64,000 nucleotides of DNA from a virus (IMGVR_UViG_2541047088_000004:1312-65311); one strand, 5' to 3'; shown: positions 18,126 to 28,640, numbered from the stretch's first letter. Notes: a model not told the origin generated them from the letters alone. A program made the numbers and translations.

Positions 18126-19142
18126 TTATTTCTTTTCAATTTCAATTCCGTTTATAAACTGAAATAATAGAGTATTTTGTTTTGTAAAGGTAACTTGTTT
18201 TACCACTCTCCTAAATAATTGTCCATCGAACTCTAGTTGCTTCTTTTCGTATGTCATTAGCTCTTTCTTGAGTTTTTCATTCAAATATTCAAAATCATCT
18301 ATAGCTGAAGCCTTCCATATCTCTTTTGTTCTATTTTTCAATAGTTCATGGATTTTTTCTTTTGCCTCCAGTACATCCCCTTGGTTTCTTTGTGCTTTTT
18401 GGAAGTCATCGAGCATTATTTGTAGTTCCTTATCCAGTTCGGTTATCTTTTCGTTTATCGCCGGTTTGAAAGAATTCGACATGTCTTTTGCATATGTATC
18501 AAAATTCTTTTTGAGTTGATTTAATACTTCGATAAATTTTTGTTCTAACTCACTTTCTTCAATTTCTATACTCCTGCAATAAACCTTTCCTCCTTTGATA
18601 TAGTTCCGACACCTCCATAAGTGAAATATGGCAGTTTTGGTTTTCCGATTTTTTCTTGTAAATGTACCTCCACATACCTCACATATAACTTTTCCACTAA
18701 GTGAATAATTTGCTCTTTGCTCTGTACAATTTGCTATACTATTCTTTTTATATCGGATATATTTTTCCCTTTTTATTTTATTCAATTTTTCTAAGGTTTC
18801 ATTTGATACTATTGCAGGAAAAATTTCGTCACCTGCATATTTTTTGTTCTCCAAAATACTATATATTACACCTCTCCCCCACTTTGATTTATTTGTGGCG
18901 GTTTTAACACTTTCTTGGTTTAACCATGATATGATTCCACTTTCACTTATCCCTTCGCTAGCCATTTCAAATATCTTTTTAATATATACTCCTTTTTCTT
19001 CATCAATAACTGGTAGTCCATTATTCCCACGAGTATATCCAAACGGTAGGTTTTTACAGAACATCGTCTTCACCCCCCATAAATTCATCAAGCTCCATAC
19101 CGTTTTTAAGTCTAAAGCACAAGTTATTTCTTGATTTGACAA
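18126..19142 (-). CDS. Catalytic-domain-less recombinase-family protein (recombinase + Zn ribbon)
   Basis: LPFGY...KKIFE...NKKYAGD, CEVC..WRC; no YCRVS motif; highly similar to the C-terminal 310 aa of the 851-aa protein; true start probably MFCKN near 19064, overlapping the upstream stop. Confidence 0.85.
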   Translation of the reverse strand: MSNQEITCALDLKTVWSLMNLWGVKTMFCKNLPFGYTRGNNGLPVIDEEKGVYIKKIFEMASEGISESGIISWLNQESVKTATNKSKWGRGVIYSILENKKYAGDEIFPAIVSNETLEKLNKIKREKYIRYKKNSIANCTEQRANYSLSGKVICEVCGGTFTRKNRKTKTAIFHLWRCRNYIKGGKVYCRSIEIEESELEQKFIEVLNQLKKNFDTYAKDMSNSFKPAINEKITELDKELQIMLDDFQKAQRNQGDVLEAKEKIHELLKNRTKEIWKASAIDDFEYLNEKLKKELMTYEKKQLEFDGQLFRRVVKQVTFTKQNTLLFQFINGIEIEKK

Positions 19143-20661
19143 CTATGTCTTTAACAATTGCGTTAAAACAATCCTCATCAAACTCATCTATATAAGTATA
19201 ATTTTTGATGAATTCTATACTTTTCTCCGTTTCCGCAAGTAATATGTCTTGATTAACTATGCTCGTTGAAATAGCCTGCTTTCTTGCCTTAATTTCATTA
19301 ATTTTTGCTGTAGTCTCATTGATATTCTTGTTAAAAAGAGCTGGCTCAATACTTCCCTTTGCCAGAAGTATTTTCTGCATACTTTCTTGCTCTGCCAACT
19401 CAATTATCTGATTATCTATATTATATATTTCTGTTCGGTCCGCAGTGGATTGTACAAGTTTTTTTAGATAAGTTCTATACGGTAATAGGAGTGTTCTCCA
19501 ATTTGAATACAGTCGGTTGCTCATATTTATAAATGCTTGATGAAGTCCTTTTTGCATGACTGGTCTTGCGTTGCAATCCATTATCTTCTCTGCTTCAGTG
19601 GATGAACAAACATATACTACACTCCGATATTTATTTGAGGTGTTGTATATAGATCTTTTGTAATGGTTTCCGCAGTTTCCGCATATAATCTTTCCAGTCA
19701 GCGGATAACGTTTTCTCATTTTTTTGATTACTTCTTCATCTATTCCTTGTTTCTTTTTTCTTATTTCAATAAGTTCCTTTACTCGTTCAAAGTCCTCTCT
19801 CGATATAATGGGCTCATGGTTATTCTTTATATAGTATTGCGGTAGTTCCCCTTTGTTACTTTTTCTTTTAAATGTAACACTATCTGCTGTGATTGTTTTT
19901 TGAAGCAAAGCATCCCCGCAGTACTTTTCATTACCCAACATCCTCCTAATTGTGGAGCCATACCATTTCGTGCCCGTAATAGTTGGTATATTTTCTTCAT
20001 TTAGAGTTCTAGCAATTCCAGCACTTCCCTTACCTCCAATATATTCTCTAAATATTCTTTTTACAATTTCTGCTTCAGCTTGATTAATAACCAGATCTCC
20101 ATTTCCATCCTTGTCATAGCCCATGAATTTTGCAGTTGCTATTTGAAACTTTCCTTGCTTGTACCTTCTCTGGTTAGCCCACCTTATATTTGATGACATT
20201 GAAGCTGCCTCTTCTTGCGCTAAGGAGCTGAGGACAGAAAGTATGAGTTCACTCTCTTGCGACATAGAGTTGATATTCTCCTTCTCGAAATATACAGTGA
20301 CCCCTAAAGACTTTAGCTTTCTTATAGTCTCTATACAATCAGCGGTGTTACGCGCAAACCTTGAGATGGACTTGGTAATCACCATATCTATTCTGCCGTT
20401 TTCACAGTCATTAATCAATCTCATGAATTCAGGTCTTATTTCCTTTTTGGTTCCACTAATCCCTTCATCAGAGTAAATACCAGCAAACTCCCATTGAGAG
20501 TTGCTTTGAATATATTTGGTATAATGGCTTGCCTGTGCTTCAAATGAATTTTGCTGTTCCTTATGCATGGAACTAACTCTGCAGTACGCACAAACTCGTA
20601 TTTTCCTATTATCAGCCGCTTTGCTCTCACTGCTTGCTTCAATAACAGTAACCTTTTTCAC
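19054..20661 (-). CDS. Large serine recombinase
   Basis: AYCRVSS, ITKSISRFARN, NEKYCGD.LLQKT; paralogue of the N-terminal 535 aa of the 851-aa protein. Confidence 0.9.
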   Translation of the reverse strand: MKKVTVIEASSESKAADNRKIRVCAYCRVSSMHKEQQNSFEAQASHYTKYIQSNSQWEFAGIYSDEGISGTKKEIRPEFMRLINDCENGRIDMVITKSISRFARNTADCIETIRKLKSLGVTVYFEKENINSMSQESELILSVLSSLAQEEAASMSSNIRWANQRRYKQGKFQIATAKFMGYDKDGNGDLVINQAEAEIVKRIFREYIGGKGSAGIARTLNEENIPTITGTKWYGSTIRRMLGNEKYCGDALLQKTITADSVTFKRKSNKGELPQYYIKNNHEPIISREDFERVKELIEIRKKKQGIDEEVIKKMRKRYPLTGKIICGNCGNHYKRSIYNTSNKYRSVVYVCSSTEAEKIMDCNARPVMQKGLHQAFINMSNRLYSNWRTLLLPYRTYLKKLVQSTADRTEIYNIDNQIIELAEQESMQKILLAKGSIEPALFNKNINETTAKINEIKARKQAISTSIVNQDILLAETEKSIEFIKNYTYIDEFDEDCFNAIVKDIVVKSRNNLCFRLKNGMELDEFMGGEDDVL

Positions 20662-20696
20662 AACGCTCTCCTCCTCTTCTTTTAAAAAGTAGTGCT

Positions 20697-20725
20697 ATGT
20701 TACCGTACTAATTTGAGGAATTCAA
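20697..20725 (-). promoter_or_regulatory. Putative promoter TTGAAT-17-TAACAT
   Basis: Duplicate of the 17868-17896 motif, just upstream of the 535-aa recombinase. Confidence 0.55.
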
Positions 20726-21029
20726 GTTAAATATATATGTCTCTATTTAGTTAATTCAATTTGCTAAAATTACTGCTGAGCATGGAATGGAAAATTCGTG
20801 AAAACGATTTGCTTATCTGCGTGAAGTCGCTGAATGATCTGCAATTTGACTTGTATGGTCTACTGAGGTAAAAAAATCCGATTAGTTATCGGATTGGCAT
20901 AGAGAAGCACCCCTTAGTAAACTATTTTATAATAGTCTCTGGCTTTGGGGTGCACTTGAAATTGGCATTGCTAATTAATAAAACTTAATACCTATCGGTA
21001 GAAATATTATCCTAATTACATTTGAGATA

Positions 21030-21662
21030 CTATTTCTGCAAACTTTTTAAATCTTCAGGTAAAAGCATCGACGCAAATTCTGACGGATCTTTTTCTATGT
21101 ATTCAATACCATTGACAATCCACTTATCGTTATCTTTAATGTACTTAATTTTAACAATTTGATTATTTTGCAATTTGTGTTCACTAATTGCATCTTTTTT
21201 CGCGCCATTTGCAATTACACAATAAGGATCAATATTTTTAACATCATCGCCGTTACTTTTTCCTATGTTTATTTTATTAAATTCTTCACGGTTAAAAAGC
21301 TTTTTTAATCTCCATATGTTTCTGACAATACCATCCTTATCATAAAAAACAAACAATTTACTTTCATCATCCATATTCCTAATTTCATACGAATAATCAT
21401 CGGCAGAGCGTACAATGTCAGGACTGCCATATAAATGTTGTATTGAATCTTTTTTGTTAACAAAAGATAAACTTCGTCTTATCTCATATGGGAGGTTTAT
21501 CTCGTCGGGTATTTTCTTTTGTACATCTTTCCGGTATTGTTTAGAAATATCTGTGTTTTCTTCAATAGCATTAGTACTTTGACTTGTAAGCTTATTAACA
21601 CCACATCCGCAAAGGGCTAAACTTATTAATACTGCAAAAATTATAATTCTATTAATTTTCAT
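21030..21662 (-). CDS. Lipoprotein, possible immunity protein
   Basis: Lipobox LALCG-C after a hydrophobic leader; SD GGGAGG; directly downstream of a papain-like fragment. Confidence 0.75.
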   Translation of the reverse strand: MKINRIIIFAVLISLALCGCGVNKLTSQSTNAIEENTDISKQYRKDVQKKIPDEINLPYEIRRSLSFVNKKDSIQHLYGSPDIVRSADDYSYEIRNMDDESKLFVFYDKDGIVRNIWRLKKLFNREEFNKINIGKSNGDDVKNIDPYCVIANGAKKDAISEHKLQNNQIVKIKYIKDNDKWIVNGIEYIEKDPSEFASMLLPEDLKSLQK

Positions 21663-21708
21663 ATCAATTTAAAACCTCCCTCAAATATTTGGGGTTCAAA
21701 AGATATAC

Positions 21709-22302
21709 TTAATTTGATACAGCAATATAAACAGTTGCACTATTATAATAATTTGAGTAACCCGCAGCATTCCAACTAAATGTGCTTGGATTTATTTGTC
21801 CATCATTTATAGATGGGTTAGAGCCGTGTTTTTCTGACCAATCTCCATTACTGTGCTGTAACATAAAGTGATAATCTGCTTCACCATATTCTTGTAATAT
21901 ACTCCCATCACCATCGAAATCATGCATGCCAGTTCTAACAGCTATCCTTCGTTCAGAAGAACTTATTGTTGAAGTAGCACTAGTGATAAATCTGGCAGTT
22001 CTGTAAAGCTTTTGTAAATCAGCAATAACATTGTTTGCTATATTTTTTACGTCAAAGTAACTTCTTATCTGAGACTGAGTATAGCCTGACGGTAAAGCGC
22101 CATTTGGGTTTGAAAGATCTCCATGATTAAGTGCAAAATTAAATGCCATAGCATAACCTTAGCAATTAGGAGATACAGTATTAATTGCAGAATAAGGCCA
22201 AGCACAACCATATGTTGTTGCAGTTGCACTAAGTGAAATTAAATTATCCCATGGTTTTACAAAATCTGTTAAACCGTTGTTCTTTTGTTGTACATTATTC
22301 TT
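21709..22302 (-). pseudogene. Broken papain-like (Cys-His) peptidase/toxin domain
   Basis: The open frame upstream of ORF 21709-22149 reads ...SPNC*GYAMAF with an in-frame TAA at 22159-22161 (expected NCYGYA); downstream DYHFMLQHSNGDWSEKHG; no start codon in frame. Confidence 0.6.
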
Positions 22303-22561
22303 TTAAAGATAATAGGCATAAAATTTCGATTATCATAAAAGAAATTAAAAAAAGAGGGATGAGTAGTAGTTTTTGGTAATTAGTAGTAGAACTATAAATT
22401 CCAATAAAGATAATAAAAGATTGCATTAAAAAACGGAATAATTTAATTGGTTTGCTATAATGGAGATAATATTTTTCATTACAGGAATTACATCTCTCTT
22501 TAAATAATAGCTTAAAATTTAATTCCTGTTTTTGTTTACATATAGGGCATCCTATTTTCAT
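22295..22561 (-). CDS. Small Zn-ribbon membrane protein (CxxC...CxxC plus 2 TM)
   Basis: MKIGCPICKQ...CNSC followed by two hydrophobic helices; resembles the cxxc_20_cxxc-type small proteins; ORF track start 22609. Confidence 0.5.
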   Translation of the reverse strand: MKIGCPICKQKQELNFKLLFKERCNSCNEKYYLHYSKPIKLFRFLMQSFIIFIGIYSSTTNYQKLLLIPLFLISFMIIEILCLLSLKE

Positions 22562-23272
22562 TAATTTTATTCTCCTTAAATGTATGTATCTTAATAAATC
22601 ACTTTCCAAAAAATCTTAATATACTATACGAAAAGTTGTTGGTCTGTAGCAGATTGAATTTTCTTTGCTAGTCATGCCTTAACCACCTTTACTACAATTG
22701 TAATACCTTCTTGTGCTGCTGCAATCTTTAGTTGTCTATGCAGTTCAGCATATATTGCAATATTATTCAACTGTTTCTTTTCATCCTCAGACCAATTTCT
22801 CATCTCCTTTAACAAAATGTTATTAATTACAATTACAGCAAAAACAGTAAATAATATCAAGTAAATTTTAATAATTTTAGTTACTTATGTGCATGTTATC
22901 ATATCTATTAATCATTCTTCCTAATACATAGATTAATTAATGTATATAAAAGGAAAAAAGGTATTATAGAAGTTGATTATTCAAATTTTGCATTGCTTTT
23001 TGATATAAAATATAAAAAAGCTTTTATCGATAATCTTAATGTGGTATTTTTGCAAAACCCCCACTAAAGGACTAAATGGATAATAGTTGGCGATTTCACC
23101 CACTTTAAGAGATTTGTCACAAAATTACCATCGTTAATATTCTGATATCACACAAGTACATAACGATACTTTTGTGACACTCCTATAGTAATATAACTTG
23201 AAATGTATCTGAATTTGAGTAATAATAATGGATATATATGTAATTTATGGATTTGTGATAGTATAAATTATT

Positions 23273-23779
23273 ATGAGAATAGGAGATGATGGTTTTATGA
23301 AAAAAATAGTTCTACTTGTTATTTTGTTTTGCACAATAATTATTTTAGCTTTTGTTCTTTCAAAAAATGGATCACATAAAATTTTAAAAATTACTGGAAA
23401 TGATGAAAAAGTAATATTGGAATATCTTGATAAAAAAACAAATGATATAGCCAAACCAATAAAAGCCAATGGTAAAATGTACAGTGCTTTTAAGCTTTTA
23501 GGAACTGACCAAAATAAAATATACATATGGTTAGTGAAAATGGAATATACAAAAATCGGTGAACAGGTTTCTAATGAAGGAAATGCAGTATCTGTCCCTG
23601 TAGTATTGAAGATCAATAAAAATAACAAAGGTATTTCAATTATTAGTCACAAATATCCAGAAGATGGAGCTAGTTATGGTAAAAACACAAAAAGGTTATT
23701 TCCTCCTAATATAAAATTTCCTGATTATGAGGACAAAGTTAAACTTGAAGAAGTAATAAAAGAGCGTGCTGAAGAATAA
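23273..23779 (+). CDS. Hypothetical membrane-anchored/secreted protein
   Basis: AGGAG SD then MKKIVLLVILFCTIIILAFVLSK anchor; co-oriented upstream of the amidase gene. Confidence 0.65.
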   Translation: MRIGDDGFMKKIVLLVILFCTIIILAFVLSKNGSHKILKITGNDEKVILEYLDKKTNDIAKPIKANGKMYSAFKLLGTDQNKIYIWLVKMEYTKIGEQVSNEGNAVSVPVVLKINKNNKGISIISHKYPEDGASYGKNTKRLFPPNIKFPDYEDKVKLEEVIKERAEE

Positions 23780-23917
23780 TTTAAAATAATTGCTAATTAG
23801 TGCATAAAATTCAATATTTTTAATTAAATCCTATATATTTACATTTTATGGATAAAATGGTATGCTTTGAATACTAGTTTGCAAACTACAAAATAATTAT
23901 TATAGGGAGTAAAATTG

Positions 23918-25053
23918 ATGCACAAATTAAAAAAATTGTTAGGGAAAATATTAATAGGTACAATGTTATTAACATTAACTGGTACTACTAGTCTGGTTAT
24001 TAATGCAGCCGATACCACAAACCCATATATCAAACTATATTAGATAATAAGGCATCTGTAAATAGTACAGCATCTATAAATCAACAAAAAGTCGAACCTC
24101 TTGTTGACCCGCAAATAGAAGAACAAATAATAATAGCCACTTTAGAAGACTACTATAAATCAGATAAAGAAGTAGCTAATGTTTTGAAAAAATATATAAA
24201 TTATTCTGATTTAAATGAAGACACTTTATCTATTAAAAAAGAAGACAAAATAAGCATAATGAGAAAAGTAAAACAAGTGTATTCACAGGTAAAAAGTAAC
24301 GATGACCAAAAAGTTTTAAAAGGTTATTTAGAAAGATATATAATTAATTCAGGAGATGATGATTTAATATCATTTCTTAATAAGCTCAATCCTCCAGCGA
24401 AGTCAATTAGAACTGATCTAAACATTCAGGATAAGGAGAAATATGGTGAAGTATCAACAACTGGTATAAACGCTACAGCTGCATATACAGGTACATACAC
24501 AGGGGGACTTGCAGGTGATTGGGCTTATAATAACTACAACAAGTACTCCACTAGCTTTCCTGCATTTCATAATAACAATAACTACGGTAGCGATTGCACT
24601 AACTTTGTATCACAAGCTATGTATTCTGGTGGTGGTATGCCATTTCAGGAAAATTGGTACTGTTTTATGAAAAACCCAACTTATCTAAATCCAACAAGTG
24701 CTACTGAGTTGAATTTTAGTTGGACTTTATCAGACCCAAGCCCTTGGATTAGTGTTAAAGAGTTTAGAGACTTTTGGATGTATAAAGCTGTTGGTACTTA
24801 TTATTGTACAAAAAGTGATTACGTTGCTAATCATGTAACACAATATAATAAGCCAATTAGAAAAGGTGATGTAATAGTACTACATAAAGGGATTTCCGAT
24901 TTTATTACAGTTCCAACACATTGTATGATTATTTCAAGGTATGATACCGTAAATAAAGACTTTCTCTTGGCAGGGCATTCAAATGAGAGACAGGCTCATC
25001 CCCTGCTGACTGCAATAGACGCTTATGCTTGTGTAGAATTTATAACATTCTAA
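23918..25053 (+). pseudogene. Secreted Amidase_6-domain (NlpC/P60-like) protein, frameshifted near 24010-24040
   Basis: GGGAG SD + signal peptide MHKLKKLLGKILIGTMLLTLTG... stops at 24041-24043; the alternative frame is open from ~24020 into ORF 24184-25053 with DCTNFVSQAM.SGG, HCMII, GHS motifs. Confidence 0.75.
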
Positions 25054-25075
25054 AGACCTATTTACAGGTAACACT

Positions 25076-25120
25076 GAATACCCTTAAATATTGCAATATT
25101 CAAGGGTATTCTTTTTGTTT
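25076..25120 (+). terminator. Intrinsic terminator after the amidase gene
   Basis: GAATACCCTT / AAGGGTATTC stem followed by TTTTTGTTT. Confidence 0.75.
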
Positions 25121-25179
25121 GGTTATATCCGTGTCAACAACCAAGGCAATAATTAAAACCTTCTTTATTTAGTAGTATA

Positions 25180-25961
25180 TGGTTTTGGTACTACCGGGTA
25201 CAGCAACAGGTATTTGGATTATGCCATTTGCTTGTATTTAGGTTTGCTCCTAGGCTCAGGGTTTATTCACTTTTAACAGACCTTCAGAATTTCCGAAAAT
25301 AGAAAAGCTTTTAAAAGCAAAGATAAATACAAGGCTTATTCAGGAAAACTTTGATGATGTACTGAGACTTTTCCATTCCATCCGGGAAGGTAAAGTGTCC
25401 CGTTCACTTATAACGAGTAAGATTGGTTCATATGCAAGATAAAACAAACTGCTGCAGCCCTGAAAGAAATGGGTAAAATCGATAAGACAATATTCAATCC
25501 TCGATTTACATTTCCAATGAAGCCTTACGCCGTAGGATTCAGAAAGGACTTAACAAAGGTAAAGCAACAAATGCATTGGTAAGAGCTATATTTTTTGGTA
25601 AACGTGGAGAACTGCATGAAAAAGCATTGAAAGACCAACTGCAAAGAGCAAGTGCCTTGAACATAATCATCAATGCTATAAGCGTATGGAACACTGTGTA
25701 TCTTGAGAAAGCTATAGAATATTTGAAAGAAAAAAATACCCTTAAGGGAGATCTGCTTAATTATATATCTCCTTTGGACCGGGAATATATAAATTCCTTA
25801 GGCGAATATACCTTTAACATGAAAAATATCACATCATTGAACAATCTACAGTCATTCAATGAACCAAGCAATTTGAATATTCCTTAGCGTACAAATTTGA
25901 GTAGAATTTAAGGGGTATGGAAGCTTAGCGTGCGATTTTCCGACTTAGTTGGCTCTACCCC
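25180..25961 (+). mobile_element. tnpA: Tn3-family transposon remnant (degenerate tnpA 3' end plus terminal IR)
   Basis: RAIFFGKRGEL...QLQRASALNIIINAISVWNTVYL...ISPL (25576-25887) is the Tn3 transposase C-terminus; the upstream DNA encodes broken VFGLCHLL.FRFAPR. Confidence 0.85.
25924..25961 (-). repeat. Tn3-family 38-bp terminal inverted repeat (single end)
   Basis: Reverse complement GGGGTAGAGCCAACTAAGTCGGAAAATCGCACGCTAAG has the canonical GGGG...CGCTAAG ends and 38-bp length. Confidence 0.85.
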
Positions 25962-25990
25962 TATAACTAAGTGGATATTTTAAGGACATA

Positions 25991-27403
25991 TTATTCAATT
26001 CCGCACTCGATTTCCGTTCCATCTAGCAACCCGACAATCAACCTGGAATCCCCAAAAGCCAGTACCTTCTCCACCATCTTAAAATACAACTCAGTGTCAA
26101 ACTGTTGTAATGTCTCAGCATCTTTAAAAATGTCAACAAATCTTTTGGTGGTGACTCTTTTAAGAATATCCTCACCGTTAATCTGTTCATTCCACTTGCT
26201 CATAAAATGCTCCCTGTTTTCCAGTACTGAATTGAAAGTACTTACAAATGCCATATAAAGAACCTCGTCATTAATATGCCTGTTGTTACAGCCCTTTTTT
26301 CCTTTAGTTGCATACTTATTATTACACTGCCAAATGATCCTTTTTAATCTTTCATCATTAGAGTTCCATACCTTCCTTCCATAGACTCCACCGCAGCAGC
26401 CGCAGATAATTCTGCCTACAAATGGGTTAGCGTTCGTAATATAGTCCATCTTTTGAATATTGTACTTCTCCATAAAGGCTTTTCTTCTCTCCCTTTCAAG
26501 CTGTACTGCTGCCCACGTGTCTTTATCTATAATTGGTGGGTGGCTCTCCTCAACATAATACTGTGCCACTTCCCCTTTATTCTCTACTCGCTTTTTTGAA
26601 AGAAAATCCACTGTGTAGGTTTTTTGAAGCAAAGCTTCTCCCTTATACTTTTCGTTGTTCAACATCTTTTTGATGCTGCTTTCATACCACTTTGCCTTAC
26701 CGTTCCAGTTTGGGATGCCCTCCTTTTCTAACTCATATGCTATTCTATTAGTGCCTTTCCCGTTAAGGTACTCAGAAAATATTCTTCTTACAACTTTCGC
26801 CTGCTTTTCATTTATAACAAGGTTACCGCTTTCATCCTTGTCATAGCCCATGAATTTTGTATGGTTGACTATGACCTTACCCTGCTCAAAGCGCCTTCTG
26901 ATGCCCCATGTAGCATTTCTACTAATGGAAAAATTTTCCTCCTGCGCAAGACTCGCCAGAACTGAGATCAAAAATTCGCCCTTACTTTCAAGGGTTTCAA
27001 TATTTTCTTTTTCAAATTTGACGTTAATCCCCAGCTCTTTAAGTATTCTTACATAATTCAACGTATCCATTGTGTTTCTTGCAAAGCGGCTGATTGATTT
27101 AGTTATTATCATATCTATTTTTCCTGCCTTGCAGTCTTCAATCATTTTATTGAACTGTTCGCGCTTTTTGGTGTTTGTTCCCGATATCCCTTCATCGGCA
27201 TATATCCCTGCCATTTCGTAATCAGGGTGGTTGGTTATATATGAAGTATAGTAGTTTACCTGTGCTTCGTAGCTTGAGAGCTGCTCCGCTTGGTCTGTTG
27301 AAACCCTGCAATATGCTGCCACTCTCTTTTTGTGCGTTTCTATGTTCTCATCAAGCTGTGGTCTGTTTGCTCTTGCCGGAATAACTGTAATGCTTCTTGC
27401 CAT
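25991..27403 (-). CDS. Large serine recombinase (prophage integrase)
   Basis: AYCRVST, ITKSISRFARN, NEKYKG.ALLQKT, CGCC Zn ribbon. Confidence 0.92.
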   Translation of the reverse strand: MARSITVIPARANRPQLDENIETHKKRVAAYCRVSTDQAEQLSSYEAQVNYYTSYITNHPDYEMAGIYADEGISGTNTKKREQFNKMIEDCKAGKIDMIITKSISRFARNTMDTLNYVRILKELGINVKFEKENIETLESKGEFLISVLASLAQEENFSISRNATWGIRRRFEQGKVIVNHTKFMGYDKDESGNLVINEKQAKVVRRIFSEYLNGKGTNRIAYELEKEGIPNWNGKAKWYESSIKKMLNNEKYKGEALLQKTYTVDFLSKKRVENKGEVAQYYVEESHPPIIDKDTWAAVQLERERRKAFMEKYNIQKMDYITNANPFVGRIICGCCGGVYGRKVWNSNDERLKRIIWQCNNKYATKGKKGCNNRHINDEVLYMAFVSTFNSVLENREHFMSKWNEQINGEDILKRVTTKRFVDIFKDAETLQQFDTELYFKMVEKVLAFGDSRLIVGLLDGTEIECGIE

Positions 27404-28553
27404 TTTTTATTGTCTCCTTTACAATTGTGGGTTCATGTATATTAAGCCTGCTTGCAGACCCATCGTCTAATATTGTTCCTGAACATGCTGTCTTGCCGTT
27501 TCTTATATAGTTACTGCACTGCCATACTATTTTTCTGCAGTCTGCTTTACTGTTCCAGGTTCTACGCCTTAATACTGCTCCGCATTTACTGCAGTAAAGC
27601 ATTCCAGTCAAGGGGTAACGGTTCTGGTATTTCATATTGCCTTGGTAGTTCCCCTTTTCTCTGGCTCTTTTTACTATCTCTATTTGTGCCTTATTCCATA
27701 CTTCTTTTGGTATAATAGGTGAATGATTTTCTTCTATATAATAGCTATTCAGTTCACCTTTGTTGAGCACAGTGCTTTTCTTTAGATGGTTAGGGATATA
27801 ATATTTTTGAAGGAGTACATTCCCCATATATTTTTCGTTTTTAAGTATTCCAAGGATTGTACTCTCGCACCATTTCCCCCCTGCCACTGTAGGTATATTA
27901 TCTACAGCAAGTTGCTTTGCAATTGTGAATGTACCCTTGCCCGACAAATATTCTGAATAAATCCGTTCTACGATTTTAGCCTCGGCAGGATTTATCACCA
28001 ATTCACCGTATTCATTCTTGTCATAGCCTAAGAACCTGTTTGTATTAATAATCAGTTGTCCTGTCTCAAACTTCTTTCTGACTCTCCATTTTGTATTTTC
28101 ACTTATGCTCCTGCTTTCTTCCTCTGCAAATGAAGAAAGGACAGAAAGCATAAACTCTCCGTCCTTTGATAATGTTGATATATTCTCTTTTTCAAATATA
28201 ACCTCAATGCCTAATTCTTTTAGTTCTCTGACTATCCTCAATACTATTGTCGTGTTTCTTGCAAATCTTGATATTGATTTTGTAATTATCAGGTCTATTT
28301 TTCTTTCCCTGCATAACCCCAGCATTTTCTGAAATTGCGGTCTGTTCTCTGTGGTTCCGCTGATGCCCTTGTCTGCGAAAACACCTACTAATTCATATTC
28401 GGGATTTGCAGCTATAAGATTTCCGTGATATGTAATCTGGTTTTCTAACGACTCGCCCTGCTCGTAATTATCCGTAGACACCCTTGCATACGCACAGACC
28501 CGATTTTTTCTGCTGATATTTTTCAGCGTAGGTTCTAATATTTTTACCCGCAT
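27351..28553 (-). CDS. Large serine recombinase (second prophage integrase subunit)
   Basis: AYARVST, ITKSISRFARN, NEKYMG.VLLQK, CSKC Zn ribbon; overlaps the downstream integrase start. Confidence 0.92.
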   Translation of the reverse strand: MRVKILEPTLKNISRKNRVCAYARVSTDNYEQGESLENQITYHGNLIAANPEYELVGVFADKGISGTTENRPQFQKMLGLCRERKIDLIITKSISRFARNTTIVLRIVRELKELGIEVIFEKENISTLSKDGEFMLSVLSSFAEEESRSISENTKWRVRKKFETGQLIINTNRFLGYDKNEYGELVINPAEAKIVERIYSEYLSGKGTFTIAKQLAVDNIPTVAGGKWCESTILGILKNEKYMGNVLLQKYYIPNHLKKSTVLNKGELNSYYIEENHSPIIPKEVWNKAQIEIVKRAREKGNYQGNMKYQNRYPLTGMLYCSKCGAVLRRRTWNSKADCRKIVWQCSNYIRNGKTACSGTILDDGSASRLNIHEPTIVKETIKNGKKHYSYSGKSKQTTA

Positions 28554-28596
28554 TTATTACTCCTTTTCATTTTTGTATATTGATAAAAAGGAAATC

Positions 28597-28640
28597 AAAA
28601 AAGACGCATTGCAGGATTGATTAAAACCCTACACTGCGCC
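28597..28640 (-). terminator. Intrinsic terminator/attenuator in the integrase leader
   Basis: GGCGCAGTGTAGG...CCTGCAATGCGTC stem plus TTTTTT on the minus strand, between the promoter (28802-28830) and the ATG (28553). Confidence 0.65.

Noticed and set aside
22672-22860. 62-aa ORF ending in ELHRQLKIAAAQEGITI, reminiscent of a ribbon-helix-helix/HicB tail
   Set aside because: Looks like a chimeric fragment without SD or partner toxin; too weak to call
25960-25995. Prophage attL site
   Set aside because: No matching core or inverted-repeat pair could be identified by eye, and the other prophage end may lie outside the window
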